From Callorhinchus milii (taxonomy: Eukaryota): a stretch of DNA of 64,000 bases. Position 1 is the stretch's first letter; each line of letters begins with the position of its first letter. A program made the translations under genes and the position numbers. Under the pieces are notes generated by a model. That model ran no database searches. It had not been told where the DNA came from and was given only the letters and a program-made list of their open reading frames with translations. Of this stretch, positions 13,041-25,468 are shown piece by piece. The stretch spans positions 45,758,001-45,822,000 of the forward strand of contig NW_024704743.1 in NCBI RefSeq assembly GCF_018977255.1, given 5' to 3'.

Positions 13041-14434
13041 TGTTAGAGTAAACCCTGTGAAGGATTTTGAAGTAACCTGAGATGAAGGTGTAGAAGAAGG
13101 CCTTAGCAGCTTGGGTGTGGGGGGGGTAGGGGTCAGAGTTTGTGGCAGAGGCAGACAATATTGATGAAGGCAAGGAAAGCTGAGTGAATGAGAGATTGGA
13201 TGTAGGGCTAAGACACAGACCAAGATGCTCAGAAAATTCAGGGGAAAAAAACACAAAACTGTCGCCCCCACCCCCAACGCAAAAAAAATCCCCTGTAGCT
13301 TTCAACAGTATTGGAATGCAATAAATAAATTAATTAAAAAGTACTATTGTTAAGCCTCAAAAATGCACAAATTTAATGAAAGAATTATCCAATTACCATG
13401 ATCAGGAGGCGTTAGAGTAAAACATTTCCATGCACTTGTTTTAAACAATTTGCATCTTATTTTCAATGATTTGAGTGCTTGAGGAAAGGATCGAGCGATG
13501 CTGTAGCCTGATTCGTAATGAAAAGTTTTAATTAGAACATATTGCAAATAAACTAAAAAAAAATCCCTGAAAAGCTGGGAGCTGTGCTGGCTGCCAACTC
13601 CTGTCTAGAACCCAACCTGTCACATCATGAAGCTTGAGTCATACAAGATGTGACAGCAAAATTACTTCCCACCCCAAGCACTGGGCACTTCCTACCAGAG
13701 CCTCCTCTCACACTTCCAAACTCAATCTATTCAACACCAATCATATCCACAGGAAGGTGACTGGGGACCAGCATTAATATAGCCACACAGACAAGTCACA
13801 CTCTGGACAAAACATTTTCCATCGCAGAACTGTCGAAAAGCAGATCTTTCCTTCCTGAAGGATTTCTTTTCATACATATTGTTTGTTCCCATTGGAAATT
13901 TGGAGTTAACCCTCAAAATGGACACAATCGCTCCCTCTGCTGCACCACTGGTCAAACTGACCCTGAATACATCGGTTCAGTTAAAAGGTTAAGTAAATCG
14001 GTGCAGATCATGGTTCAACTGGTTTCCTCCCCGCTCAGCAGATCTCCAATAATTGAGCGCACAAGCACGCAGTCCCATTCGTCGGGAGGCGACTGATGCT
14101 TCCCACGGTACAGGTATAATATACAGGGATTGTAAAATGACACAATGCATCCGTGCACGTGAACATCTATATTCCACAGGTAACCTGTTGTAAACTTTAC
14201 TAATTCACAATTCCAGCCTGAGAGCTCATTTGGAGCCCAGGTTTTGCACGATGTCGTGATGTATGGGGACTTGCCTACAGAAGTGTCATCTTATGTTTAT
14301 GCTATGTTACAGTTTATGTCACAAAAGCACTCCAGTAGGAAATGCCAGTAACTCTTCTGCTTTCTGGACAAGCACATTTGAATGCCACAACACTGGATCA
14401 ATGTTTCTTTTTTCATATAAAAGGTTGTGTGACC

Positions 14435-14728
14435 ACCTGACTCAATGGTAGCACTCTCACCTCTGAGTTAGAAGGTTGTGGGCTCAAGCCCAATGTTGGG
14501 ACATGGTCTAAGCTGACACTCCAATGCAGTGTTGGGGGTGTGTTTCATTGTCAGACATGCTGTCCTTTGGATGGATGAGACGTTGACGAGCCTATTCAGG
14601 TGGATGTTAAATATCCCATGGCACTATTCTAAAAGAGAAGGGAGTATCTTTTGTTGTCCTGGCCATCAATCCACCAAATAAAACACGATGGCTGTTTGTG
14701 CGATGTTGCTGCGTGTAAACTGGCCGTC
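14435..14728 (+). mobile_element. Old Deu-domain tRNA-SINE, interrupted by a younger SINE
   Basis: Head TGACTCAATGGTAGCACTCTCACCTCTGAGTTAGAAGGTTGTGGGCTCAAGCCC. The Deu core is cut at about 14729. Confidence 0.8.
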
Positions 14729-15065
14729 GCATTTGATATAAAGCCTTATCGCGTCTTCACTGACTATACTATAAAGTGAATTGACTAGATTTGTGTGCAA
14801 AATATAGCAGCCAATTGTGCATAGCAGAATCCCACAAATAGTCGTGGATTGAGTGATCAAATTATTTTTATGACTTTTTTGAAGGAATTAATATTCCCGG
14901 AAAAGCGATTCACCAAGCGACAAACAACCGGGTTCCTACTTACTGCCAGGTAAACAGAGGTATGTGGAATAAGAAAACTTGCCTAACATTTCACCCTGCC
15001 TGGGAAGTGAACCCAGGTTCTCTCGTTCGCGAGGCAAGCCTCTAACCAATAAGCTACAGGACTCC
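14729..15065 (-). mobile_element. Young tRNA/Deu SINE (SINE2-1_CM-like)
   Basis: Minus-strand head GGAGTCCTGTAGCT...CCTGGGTTCACTTCCCAGGCAGGG, central CCTCTGTTTACCTGGCAGTAAGTAGG, and a tail with an internal deletion. Confidence 0.85.
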
Positions 15066-16250
15066 TGTAAAGTGGTGACTCTGTAATAAGTGGAGTGACT
15101 GTGTATTTTGTGAGTTAAATTTTAAGCTATCTCTTTGACTGCACTCGACTACTTCCACCATCTCCCTCCTAGCTCAGGTTCCCCACTATCTTTGTAAAGC
15201 ATCGTGAGGCGTTGTCCTTGCGTGAAAGGCAGCGAATAAGTGCAATTTTATTGTTGTTGCACACTGATTCCCCAAACTAATGCCTGATTTGCATAACTCA
15301 TTGGATTCTTCTGGAAAAAGCAAGTGCCAAGAAGATTAAAGAAGAGATCTAAATACATAAGAAATTACTCAATAAAAAAAATGCCATTAGACTTATCCAG
15401 TCTGTTTCTTCTAACAAGAGCGCATACGATTGCTACTATTGTTGACTCCCCCCAATTTATTTAATCTCCTGAGGGAACTGACTAACCACAGGTAAGATAT
15501 TCAAAATGATAAAGCTCTATGAATATTTTCCCAGATCCACTGAGGTAATCTAGTGAAACTCCAGGATACCAATCTAACATTACAACCAACGTTATTCAAC
15601 CCTGACCAGCTGTATTCCACAGCAAATGATATTTCCCCTGGACCCAGCAGCACAGGAATCATGGGGGTGAAATTCCACTTGCCACAAACTGTGGCAACTT
15701 TGACGATGTGCTCTTACAAGAGGAAAATCTTCAGAGCCTTTACATTAAGAGACAAGAGGAGTGTCTCATCCATAGTGTTTTATAGAGCATTTAATGATCG
15801 ACATCTGAACTTGTTCTGACAAGCCTCAATCCCATTGTTAACTGGTTGTTTTTTGAAGAGTTATTCCACATGACTTTAATTACTTTTGGATAGGAGTCCA
15901 TTCCTCTTGGCGAGGGGGAAAAAACAAATCCTCTACTCAGCTTTCTAAGATAAATACTTGTGTGTGCTTTTGTGGGAAACAGCTTTTAATTCCACTGACA
16001 AACTGAACCAACCTATGGTGTTCAATTTGTGCCAGCTTCAATTTGTTATTGATGTTGACTTACTGCTTTAACACTGAGGAAAGAAAAAAGGGAAAAGGGG
16101 ATATTTATATTAAATGGCAAAATAATTGCAAAATAAATTAAATAGTGTATGCCGGAAAAAAGATTTGAATGCAATAATTGATTGAATTAATGATTAATCT
16201 TTGAATTCCTGGCAGCTCCTATCTGTTTTCAATGCACATGCTGACATCAG

Positions 16251-16655
16251 TGTCAGCCTGGCTCAGTTGGTAGCACGATCACCTCTAAGTCAGAAAATGT
16301 GGCTTCACCCACAGAACATGATTTTGAACTCTGAATCTTGGCTAACACTCCAATTCAGTGCTGGGAGAATGCTACATTGTCCTTTGGATGAGACATTAAA
16401 TAGATGCCGTGTCTCCTTGCTCAGATGGACGTTAAAGATCCCACAATATTATTTGAAAAGGGAGTTGCTTCCAGTATCCTGGCCAACAATCTTCCCGATA
16501 AAAAATGGTCGCTCATTTCATGGCTGTTTGTGACACATTACAATGTGCATTTGGCTGCCACATTTGCCTACAAATACACAGACCTGTCATGGAAACAAAC
16601 TCTGAGGTGTTTCAACGCGGTAAGCTGCTACTTTAAAGACAAGAATTATTATGAT
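16251..16655 (+). mobile_element. Old Deu-domain tRNA-SINE, near full length
   Basis: Head GTCAGCCTGGCTCAGTTGGTAGCA, then GATGGACGTTAAAGATCCCAC, the Deu core and a degenerate tail. Confidence 0.75.
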
Positions 16656-17594
16656 CAATAAACTGTGATGCTGAAACAACAGCAATAAAGGAATGAGGAT
16701 GCTCAAACAGTATTATTCATGTAACATTATTCCTAGCTAATTAAAACAATTTAAAAATATATAATTTTAAAATAAAGCTTTTCCTGCACCCACCTGATTC
16801 CCTTTCTTCCTTATTTGGTATCCTTCATTTTCATTTTCACTACTTTTACCTCTTCCAACTTTTTAAAAACTTGTTCTTGTCTTTAAAAACCTTTGCTGGC
16901 TTTTCTCTCACTATTTTGGAAAAGTTGAGCAACCATTTTATAAGGAATTTTCATTGACTTAAAACTGATTATTACTGACCACTAATAGGTCTTCATTCAA
17001 TAGGCTGGTGTCAGCATATCAATGAATACCTAAAAGATGAATAATTGACAAGGCTGTATCACAGATATAACCAGATCAATATTTATAGTGAGTTTCATAA
17101 ATATGCTGCTAATTATAACTACAACTTGCATTTGTGTAATGCCATTCATGCAGGGTAGTGGTTAGAACACTTGTGTACCCTTGTGTACACATTTAAATGA
17201 ATGAAAATGACTTACAAAAGTCTTAATCATTTTGAAAGATCCTGATCCAACTTTATCTCTGGTTGTTATTTCTATACCTCCACTATTAGAAGCTGCTAAA
17301 TGGAACTTAATTGAAAAAAAAACAGTTGACTCCTTCCCCATCCAATAATGGTGAGCTTGATCTTCATCTAGGTTTTTAATAAATAAAGTATCCCACAGTT
17401 GCTTTTATGCATTCGGTGTATCCAACTCTGTGATCTCCTATGGCTGTCCTTGAATGGCTTCTTTGATTGATTGCAATCTCTCACAGGTGTCCTCGAGCGC
17501 TTGTGTATAGTTTTGCCGATGCCCGAAATCCCATATAGTCATAGCCCAATAAGACTGATTTGTTTTAAAATTTAAGAAAATTTTATATTTTGTC

Positions 17595-17940
17595 AGTGAG
17601 TCCAAAACACAAGGGCATAAATACAAGATAGCTAGTGGGAGATCGAAAAAGGAGTTTCAGAAGAACTTCTTTACAGAGTGGTAGGAATAAATAATAAATA
17701 ACTCATAATGCTTACTTTTGATATACCGTCTTTCATATCAGGAGAACATTTCAAAATGCTTCACAAGATAATCTGTGATGTGTAGGTGAACATAGCAGCC
17801 AATTTGCATACAGCAATGTCCAGAACACATAGCTCACTGCCGGAAGCTGTGGTTGAAGCAAAATGCATCAATGTATTCAAGAGGAAATGGGGTGCATTTA
17901 TGATGGAAAAAGTGAAAGAGGGGCATAGGAGAGGGGCTTA
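17595..17940 (+). mobile_element. Old CR1 3' fragment interrupted by a SINE tail (about 17700-17825, minus strand)
   Basis: ACAAGGGCATAAATACAAG...AGAACTTCTTTACAGAGTGGTAGG, resuming at CTCACTGCCGGAAGCTGTGGTTGAAGC...TTCAAGAGG. Confidence 0.6.
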
Positions 17941-19069
17941 GAAAATGTGAAATTTTGGAGCTCAGTTCCTTACTTAACATCCACATTTTTGGAAACTAAT
18001 GTATTTCACAGATATCATAGTGCATGGACAGATGGATGAAATGGATGTTGGCTTTGGTTCCTGACCTGTGGAGCAATAATTATTGACAGATTGTACCTTA
18101 AGCTTCACAGGCAGTCATCAGTTTCAATTACAACTTAATATTTTAAAAATCAAAGGATTCAAATTAAAACACCAGCTGAACTTGTTTATGTAACTGCTGA
18201 GTTGAAGAGTCTCAAGGAAGAAATTTGTAAAAGCAGGGCAATAAAAGATTCAACATTTTCTTTAATTTCCAGCTATATTGTATTCATGAATAAACTGAAA
18301 GCATTTGAGTTGTCTGCGTTTCCTCAGAGCTTACATAAAATTTTAAGACATAATCAGCTTTCCCTCTTCTATTTCCTCTGTTTTCCTTCCCTCTCCTCAT
18401 GAAGTAAGTAATCCTACTGAGTGATAGCCCTCTGGTACCTTGCTGCCTATTCTCACTGAGAAGATGAGTGACCATTGTTCCTGTGTGAACCCAAGCAAGC
18501 CAACAATAACTTGTATTAAATAATGCCCTTCATTTGGGGTAGTGCTTCGAAAGTGGAGGCACGGCAGAGGGGTTGAGACAGGGAGATTTAGAGGGTGAGG
18601 GAGTAGTGGAGGAAAGCACAGCCATCAATGCTGGAGGGGTTGAGGAATACGCTATATGAGAGAGATAGGAAATGAAGCAAGTCTGATGACAGATTCATTC
18701 CAAATCACCACACAGGTAAACGTCTACCACTTACCTTAACTGTCAGCTGCAGAAATGGAAATCTGAAACCCCAAATTCTACCGTCCCTGTCAGGAGCCCC
18801 CCTCCCTATTCTCCCTTACTCGACATCCAACACTGTGACGCATTCCAAGACAATAACCCACGTAAAGGTGAAGTTGTTGTTCAGTATCAACCCATAGAGC
18901 TAGAACACTTGAGCAAGAACATTCAGCAATGTGTCCTTGCTATAATTTCTCATTGCTTCAGCCTTAAAACTAATAGTAGAAACTGGTTTTCCACAGGTTA
19001 TAAAAAGTACTGCAAAACTCTGGCTTCAAAATTAAGACTGGAATTAAGATTTTTTTCAAAATTCCATGT

Positions 19070-19345
19070 TGTGTGGCACTGAGCTACAAAGAATGATTTG
19101 AGGTTACACTCAGCTCTGTCCTTCAGTCAGGTCTAATGGTCCCAGGCAAAGAGTAAACTAAAGGGGCCAGGGTTCCTGTTCCTAATTGCAATAACATGGT
19201 TGAACTTCTCATGTGAGGAACAAGACTGGGCTTGTGTTCGATAGTTCCCACTATCAACAGCCCAGCTGCACTCATTGTCCAGGCTGATACCTAAAGAATG
19301 GGTGCTGGAAATGCAACCTCAGTGTAAACAGCATTTTTTGAGGCT
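19070..19345 (+). mobile_element. AmnSINE2-like SINE, diverged
   Basis: GCCAGGGTTCCTGTTCCTAATTGC...GTGAGGAACAAGACTGGGCTTG...CACTCATTGTCCAGGCT. Confidence 0.5.
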
Positions 19346-19589
19346 GGAAAAAAACACCTTGTGATATGAAGAACAACTCTTGCATGGAGCCCATGCATGT
19401 CGTGCCAGTCCATGAGACTGAATTCTAACCTGAGATCCCCTCAGAGCTGGGTCAGTAAAACATGCATTGAGTTCACCCCATAAATTGTAGTTTATGGCAC
19501 TTTTCCTGCCCTTGAGGTGTTGTTTACATTGCCGCTTTCCCGCAGAGTGAGCTTTTCAGCCGTAATCTTTGTATTGCAATTTCCTTCTC

Positions 19590-19800
19590 TTGTCCCTCCT
19601 TGCCTGAAGGTATTGACTCATACTGTGGTACACTGACACAAGCAGACTTCTTGTTCCTCAAAGAAGTGACCCAACTTCATGTACGGCATGGGGAGTCAGT
19701 AACACCAGGTTCTTCCACTATTGGTGGCATCAATGCTGAGGTCCAGCCCGAACTCCACACCATGAGCTTGCAGTGGGGATTGTTCAGTCATGACAATTCT
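19590..19800 (-). mobile_element. AmnSINE2-like SINE, 3' part
   Basis: CCTGAAGGTATTGACTCATACTG...GGCATCAATGCTGAG is collinear with 600-730. Confidence 0.45.
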
Positions 19801-20027
19801 TTTGTTTCCTCTCATTAGTACTTGGATATTGGGGTCTTGGGGTCAGTTGTGTGCTTCCATTTGTCCCTTTGGCTGAGATTACCTATATCGGCCTATTTAA
19901 GAGAACAAGAATGAGCTCTGTAACATGTCCAAGATAGTCCAAGAGTACTCTGTAAAATGTTTCTGGATTAGTTACACCAGAGGGACACAGTTTATCCTCC
20001 ACTTCTCCTTCCTCTCTGGAAAAGAGT

Positions 20028-20476
20028 CTGCCTTCGAATTCAAGATCCTCATCTTCACCTACAAGGCCATTCACGGTCTTGCTCCCTCCTACCTCTCCGA
20101 CCTACTATCCCCCTATTTACCTGCCCATACCCTCCGTTCCTCTGGCTCCGGTCTGCTCCACATCCCCCGCCCCAACCGCCCTACCATCAGTGGCCGGGCC
20201 TTCAGCCTCTCAGCCCCTAGGCTCTGGAACTCCAGCCCCCAGTGCCTTCGCCTTGCTTCCTCCCTTTCCTCCTTCAAGGCCGGTCTCAAGACCTTTCTCT
20301 TCGACTGTGTCTTCAGCTCCCCTCTCGACTCTCTACCCCCTCCTCACTCCCACCCTTTCCTCCCCTCACCCTGATCATTTCCCCCCTGCTCGGGTCCCGA
20401 CCCAACTGTCCAGCGCCTTGGGACGTCCTCCCGACGTGAAAGGCACTCTATAAATGAAATCTTGTTGTTGTTGTTG
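20028..20476 (+). mobile_element. L2 LINE 3' fragment
   Basis: ORF reads FKILIFTYKAIHGLAPSYLSDLL...APRLWNS...FKAGLKTFLF. The tail CAGCGCCTTGGGACGTCCTCCCGACGTGAAAGGC and (TTG)n are intact. Confidence 0.92.
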
Positions 20477-20524
20477 CCTCCCTACTAGCCAGTTGGCCAG
20501 CAACTCGCCATGTGAGGAATGCTA

Positions 20525-20602
20525 GCCCATGATCTTATTAAATGGCAGGGAAGGCTCGAGGAGCCGAATGGCCTACTCCTGCTCCTATTTCTTATGTTCT
20601 TA
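20525..20602 (+). mobile_element. CR1-type 3' tail
   Basis: CCATGATCTTATTAAATGGCAGGGAAGGCTCGAGGAGCCGAATGGCCTACTCCTGCTCCTATTTCTTATGTTCTTATG. Confidence 0.8.
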
Positions 20603-21361
20603 TGCCCGACCACTCTTCTACTGTATCTGTCGCCAAATCACTTCTAAACATTAGATTCTTCAGCATTGAGATGCCCTCCTTTCACCCACAAAATATACAG
20701 TCAATTCACTTTACAGTATGTTCTGTGAAGTGTTTTGAGATGTCTCGAAGACATCTATATCAAATGCCAGGATTATTACTATTATTATATTAAATACATT
20801 GTATTGTATTTTCATACATGTGAAACAGTGAAACAGTCTCAAATAAACTACAGATACCAAATGTAACCTTTTCTTTCATCCATAGGGGAGGAGCTGAATA
20901 TTGTGTTCATCTAGGTGAGAATTGTAGTCTTACGTACTTTTTTCTCTTCAAATATTTAACCATGCCACAGTCCTCAGGTGAGATAGGGGGAAATAAAATG
21001 GTGTGTGGGGAGGAGGAGAAATTGGCAGTGGTGTGTTCTTCTGATGAGACAATGAACTTCTGGATGCCTGTCAGGAGATGTGTTAAAGATTCTATGGAGG
21101 AAGAGCATGGAGATCTTATAGTGTCCTACCCAATATTCCTCCTTAATTCAAATTCACTAAAAAGACAGATTCATCTCGTTGCTCTTTCTATGTTTTTCCT
21201 GGCATAGATTAGCTGCCACATTTGCTGCGCTTCAGAGTAACTCATTGTATAAAGTACTTTGAGGTGTTTGATGTGATAAGCCAATACATCAAATTATTAC
21301 TTATCATTATCATTGTTTTCACTGAGCACCCTACTATGACCTCTGTGAGTGAGACTGTTAA

Positions 21362-21544
21362 TGTAATGCCAGTTAGTGTCAAGAATGGACACTCCTTGTA
21401 CTGTGGATGTGTGCCCAAACTGGGTTGAGACTGTCCAAACTCATTTAACTTCGGACCCTTACAGTGAGCAGAGAGACAAGACATTCATCCCATTAATCTG
21501 GGATTGGTTCCAAACCAATTCCCAGAGGTGAAAGGGCAGTGTTC
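21362..21544 (-). mobile_element. LF-SINE-like element, 5' half
   Basis: The minus strand GCCCTTTCACCTCTGGGA...AAATGAGTTTGGACAGTCTCAACCCAGTT...TGACACTAACTGGCA matches three blocks of the LF-SINE consensus in order, as I recall it. Confidence 0.6.
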
Positions 21545-22039
21545 AGTAATTAACAGACAAAAGCAACGTTTCAAGGGTAACTTCCTAGAAGCAGAACTAC
21601 ATCTCACACAGAGAGCTTCTGCAGAATCGCAACTGTCTGGTAAATTGCAGCGGTCCTGGTGTGATTGTAAATGTTGGGTTGGGAAATGAGCCCATATTGC
21701 AGTGAGAGATGACTTGCTTCCATCACCACAGCGGGGTGAGGCTTCATGACCCCAAAAGAAAGCAATGAAGCTCTAAATTGGGTGGAGTAGTATACACAGT
21801 GTATATCTTGGGTTTTGTTTTTATTTTGTTGACTAGAAACTTGCATTGGTGTCATACAGCCAAACATGGCTTATATTCAGGGGTGGGTCACTGACATCTA
21901 TTGGTGTGGAGTGCAAATGTTCACCTCAGCATGTAAAATCCATCATTCAGATTGTCATTTCATCTCAGATCCCTGATGGATCAATTTATAGGTTTTGTTA
22001 TTATACCCTCCCGATTTATTCAGATGGCCAGTTTCATGT

Positions 22040-22380
22040 GCACCATACCATGCCTTCTAATGCCTCACCCAAGTGGCTGTTCTTTGTTTATAAGCCAGTA
22101 AGTGTTGGAAAGCTATTCAACTTTCAGTGGTGGGAGGGCATCAGTGAAGGAGAGGAGGGAGGGTGCCACAGGAAATCTGATACCATCCTCACCTGATGTT
22201 CAACCCACATATAGCAAGAACCACTTAACAGCAAATCAGGAATGAGCTGCTGATTTTCCTCGCTCTCGCCCAGGAATGCTGAGATCGATTGTAGTGCTTA
22301 AAACACCACCTCGACTGAAACCAGCTAACTCACACAAGCAAGTGATCAAACTTGCTAACTTCCATGTTTTTATAGCTTGG
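22040..22380 (-). mobile_element. AmnSINE2-like SINE
   Basis: CCTCACCCAAGTGGCTGTTCTT...ATCCTCACCTGATGTTC...ATCAGGAATG...GAAACCAGCTAACTCACAC is collinear with 650-900. Confidence 0.55.
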
Positions 22381-22389
22381 AACCCTGCT

Positions 22390-22673
22390 CCATGTCGCCC
22401 GCCCAGCCTGACCCACCATCGGCGGTCGGGCCTTCAGCCTTCCTGCCCCCACCCTTTGGAACTCCATCCCCAAATCCCTTGTTTAGCTCCTTCCCTGCCT
22501 CCTTCAAGGCACGTCTCAAGACCCTCCTCTTTGGTCACCCTCATATCCCTACTCTCCCCGCCCTCCGCTCCTCCTGATGCCAACCTCCAGCTCAGTTGCA
22601 AATCCTTGACTTCAGTGCCTTGGGATGTCCGCTCGACATGAAAGGCACCATACCAATTTTATTTTGCAGTTGT
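22390..22673 (+). mobile_element. L2 LINE 3' fragment
   Basis: CCCACCATCGGCGGTCGGGCCTTCAGC...CTTTGGAACTCCATCCC...TTCAAGGCACGTCTCAAGACC followed by the tail. Confidence 0.85.
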
Positions 22674-24285
22674 TGGCTTATATTTTCTATATGGAGCAGT
22701 GGTTTTGCCAACTGTGCCATCAGAGGAGTCAGGATGGTTCTTTTTTGTATTCAGTGGCTTTAAGTCCACCAAATCCCAAAGTTCAGAACCAAAGAGGAAG
22801 AAAATGTAGGATTTGCTAGCTTGATTCACGAAGAGAAATTTAGAGATTCAAGTAGCACTTTTTCCCAATAACCAGACACATGGGAACTGTATCATCAATC
22901 TGTGTGTGTGTATTGGAGCGCAGTTCCTGTAGTTTGGGCAGTGCAATATAAATCTGGTTGGTGGTAAGATTCACTTGCAATCCTATAGTCTACAGTTTCC
23001 ATAGTATAATCTTGTCTGATTCACTAATATATCTACCAGTTTGAACCAGCTGCCAGGTTCAGATAATTAAAAATAATTCTTACGTTTGATAAAGCGCCTT
23101 TCACCTCGGGAGACTCTTGCACATAAGCATATTCCTTTTCATCCCAGTTTTTCCATACGCTTCACAATCTATTAAACGTCACTTACGAATATTGTAGCTT
23201 GTAAAATTGTAACTTGTCAAAAAAAAATCAAGGGCAAACAAACTTTTCTAAGTCCGTAAAAGTCACAGAGTAGCAGTTAGCAGATTCTTTTTTGGTGTAA
23301 CTGCTTTTCAGTAGATTTGAGACAAACTCTAGTTACGGAGATAAGCAGGGAATGAACGGTGGTTTATTAAACAAATTGTGGTTGTTTATGTCACAGTATG
23401 TCATTATGAATTTGTCATAAACCATAGTGACATGTTCGTAAAGTGGAAAGCCAGTCTTTCCTGATTTGTCTTCAATATTTTGCTGATCCTTCTAAATCAA
23501 GGCAGGCAGATTAAAATGAAAATCCTCCTGAAGGGTGAACGTTGCCTTTGCTAATGTAATCTGACCTTTCAGCACGTCTCTTGACCACTCATAAAATTCT
23601 CAGTGTGTTGGCACTGACCTCACATGGCCCTTAGCTGGGACTAGCACATCAGGGGAAGGAAAGTCTCACCATATTGTTGTCAGTGTAGATAAGCAGCAAA
23701 GCACATGAAAGTGAACTGCTCCAGGTTTTATGAGCCGGTCAGGCTTTGGAAGGTTGTAGGTCTGGGTGAGTTACTATCTCCTTTGGCTAGGATTAATAGC
23801 ATTGTCTCATTAGGAGCTCCGAGCACCCAAATGCCCTAGAGAGGGAGAATTGTCGGGAAATTAAACAACAACTTACAATATTTCTTTAACACAAGATCTG
23901 CTCCTTGAGCTTTTTATGTTCCCTTCCTGCCCCCTCCCATGTAATGATGTGATTATACTGCCTCTGGTAGGATCTGGGACTACTCTGATTCTGCCCAGGC
24001 CCTGCACAAAACAGTTTCCAAAAGTCATAGAAGTATTGATGTGTGTAAACTCTTTTAGTATGGATGCATCTTAAAACGGACATCTTTCACAAGCAGATGA
24101 TTGTAAAAAGACAATGACACATCTTCTCCCAAGGTTCTGTAAAAACATCATAATAATCCTAATAATCCTTATATTTAATATAGCCTCTTTCCAGTTGGGA
24201 GGACATCCCAAAGTGCTTCACAGGATATAATGTAAAGTGTAGTGGCTGTATTTTGTGGGCGGACACTCGAGCAGGGAATATATAT

Positions 24286-24690
24286 AATAATAATAATCCT
24301 TGTAAATGATATAGGGCTTTATCACAATGTTGGGATGTCTCAAAGTGTTTGCCAGAATTTTATTCATAGCAAAGTTTAGTGACTCTGTATTTGTAGGCAA
24401 AAATGGCAGCCAACATACGCACAGAAATCCCACAATTGGCCATGAAGTGAATGATCAACTATTATTTGGAGGATTATTTGCAGGGCACCAGGAGAAACTC
24501 CCTTTCTATTTTTGATTAGCGCTATGGGATCTTGGAACACACATTGAATAGACAGCTGTAACCTTGGTTTATTATCTCATTTAAAGGACTGCATCTTCAA
24601 CAATGCAGCTCTGGACTGGTTATGAACCTAGACCATGACTTCAAAGTACTGATGTGAGGCTTGAACCCACAACCATTGAACCTAGAATCA
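24286..24690 (-). mobile_element. Old Deu-domain SINE
   Basis: Tail, Deu core and GTGAGGCTTGAACCCACAACC (reverse complement of the head region). Confidence 0.7.
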
Positions 24691-25024
24691 GGATTGTTCT
24701 ATCAGTGCAGTGTGGGTTATTTTGTGTTTTGTCGCCTGCAATAGTTAATTACTGATGCTTTTATATCAGTGGATCTGTAGCACATGATGATGACATTTTG
24801 CACAGGGAAGAAATGTGTGATTTCATTGCGTAAGTAGTGAGATGACATCAGCCAAAGCTGCAAAAACCTTGAGAAGTTTATTTTTCTGTTTCCTGCTCCT
24901 AAAATAGTGATAGCAGAAGCAGAGATATGCTTGAATATCAAGCGACCTGACTCTAGGTCTTTTTTCTCAGTTCCACCACCATTTTCCCCAAAGCGACAAA
25001 AGGAAAATCAACTTAATAAGAAAA

Positions 25025-25468
25025 ATAATAATCCTTGCATTTGATATAGAGTCTTATCACCTTGTCGGAACTTCTTAAAGCACTTCACAGCATATTCTGT
25101 AAAGCGATGTGACTATGTGCATTTTGTGGGTGAATGTGGCAGACAATTTGCACAAAACAATGTCTCACAGCAGTCATAGAGTGAATGATTAATTTTATTT
25201 TGGGGTTTGTTTGCCAGGACAGTGGGAGAAACTCCCTTCTCTTTTTGAAAAGTGCCATGGTACATTTAACGTCCATCTAAACAGGCAGATGGGACCTCAG
25301 TTTAACAACTCATCTGAAGAACGGCAGCTCTGAAAATACGGCACAGCCTCCAGCACTGCATTGGAGCCTCAGCCTAGACTATATGGGGTTCCAAGTCATG
25401 ATGTGAGGCTTGAACCCACCACCTTCTTTCTGACTTAGAGGTAAGGGTCCTACCAACTGAGCCAGACT
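25025..25468 (-). mobile_element. Old Deu-domain tRNA-SINE, full length
   Basis: Minus-strand head GTCTGGCTCAGTTGGTAGG...GGTTCAAGCCTCAC, Deu core and L2-type tail. Confidence 0.85.
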
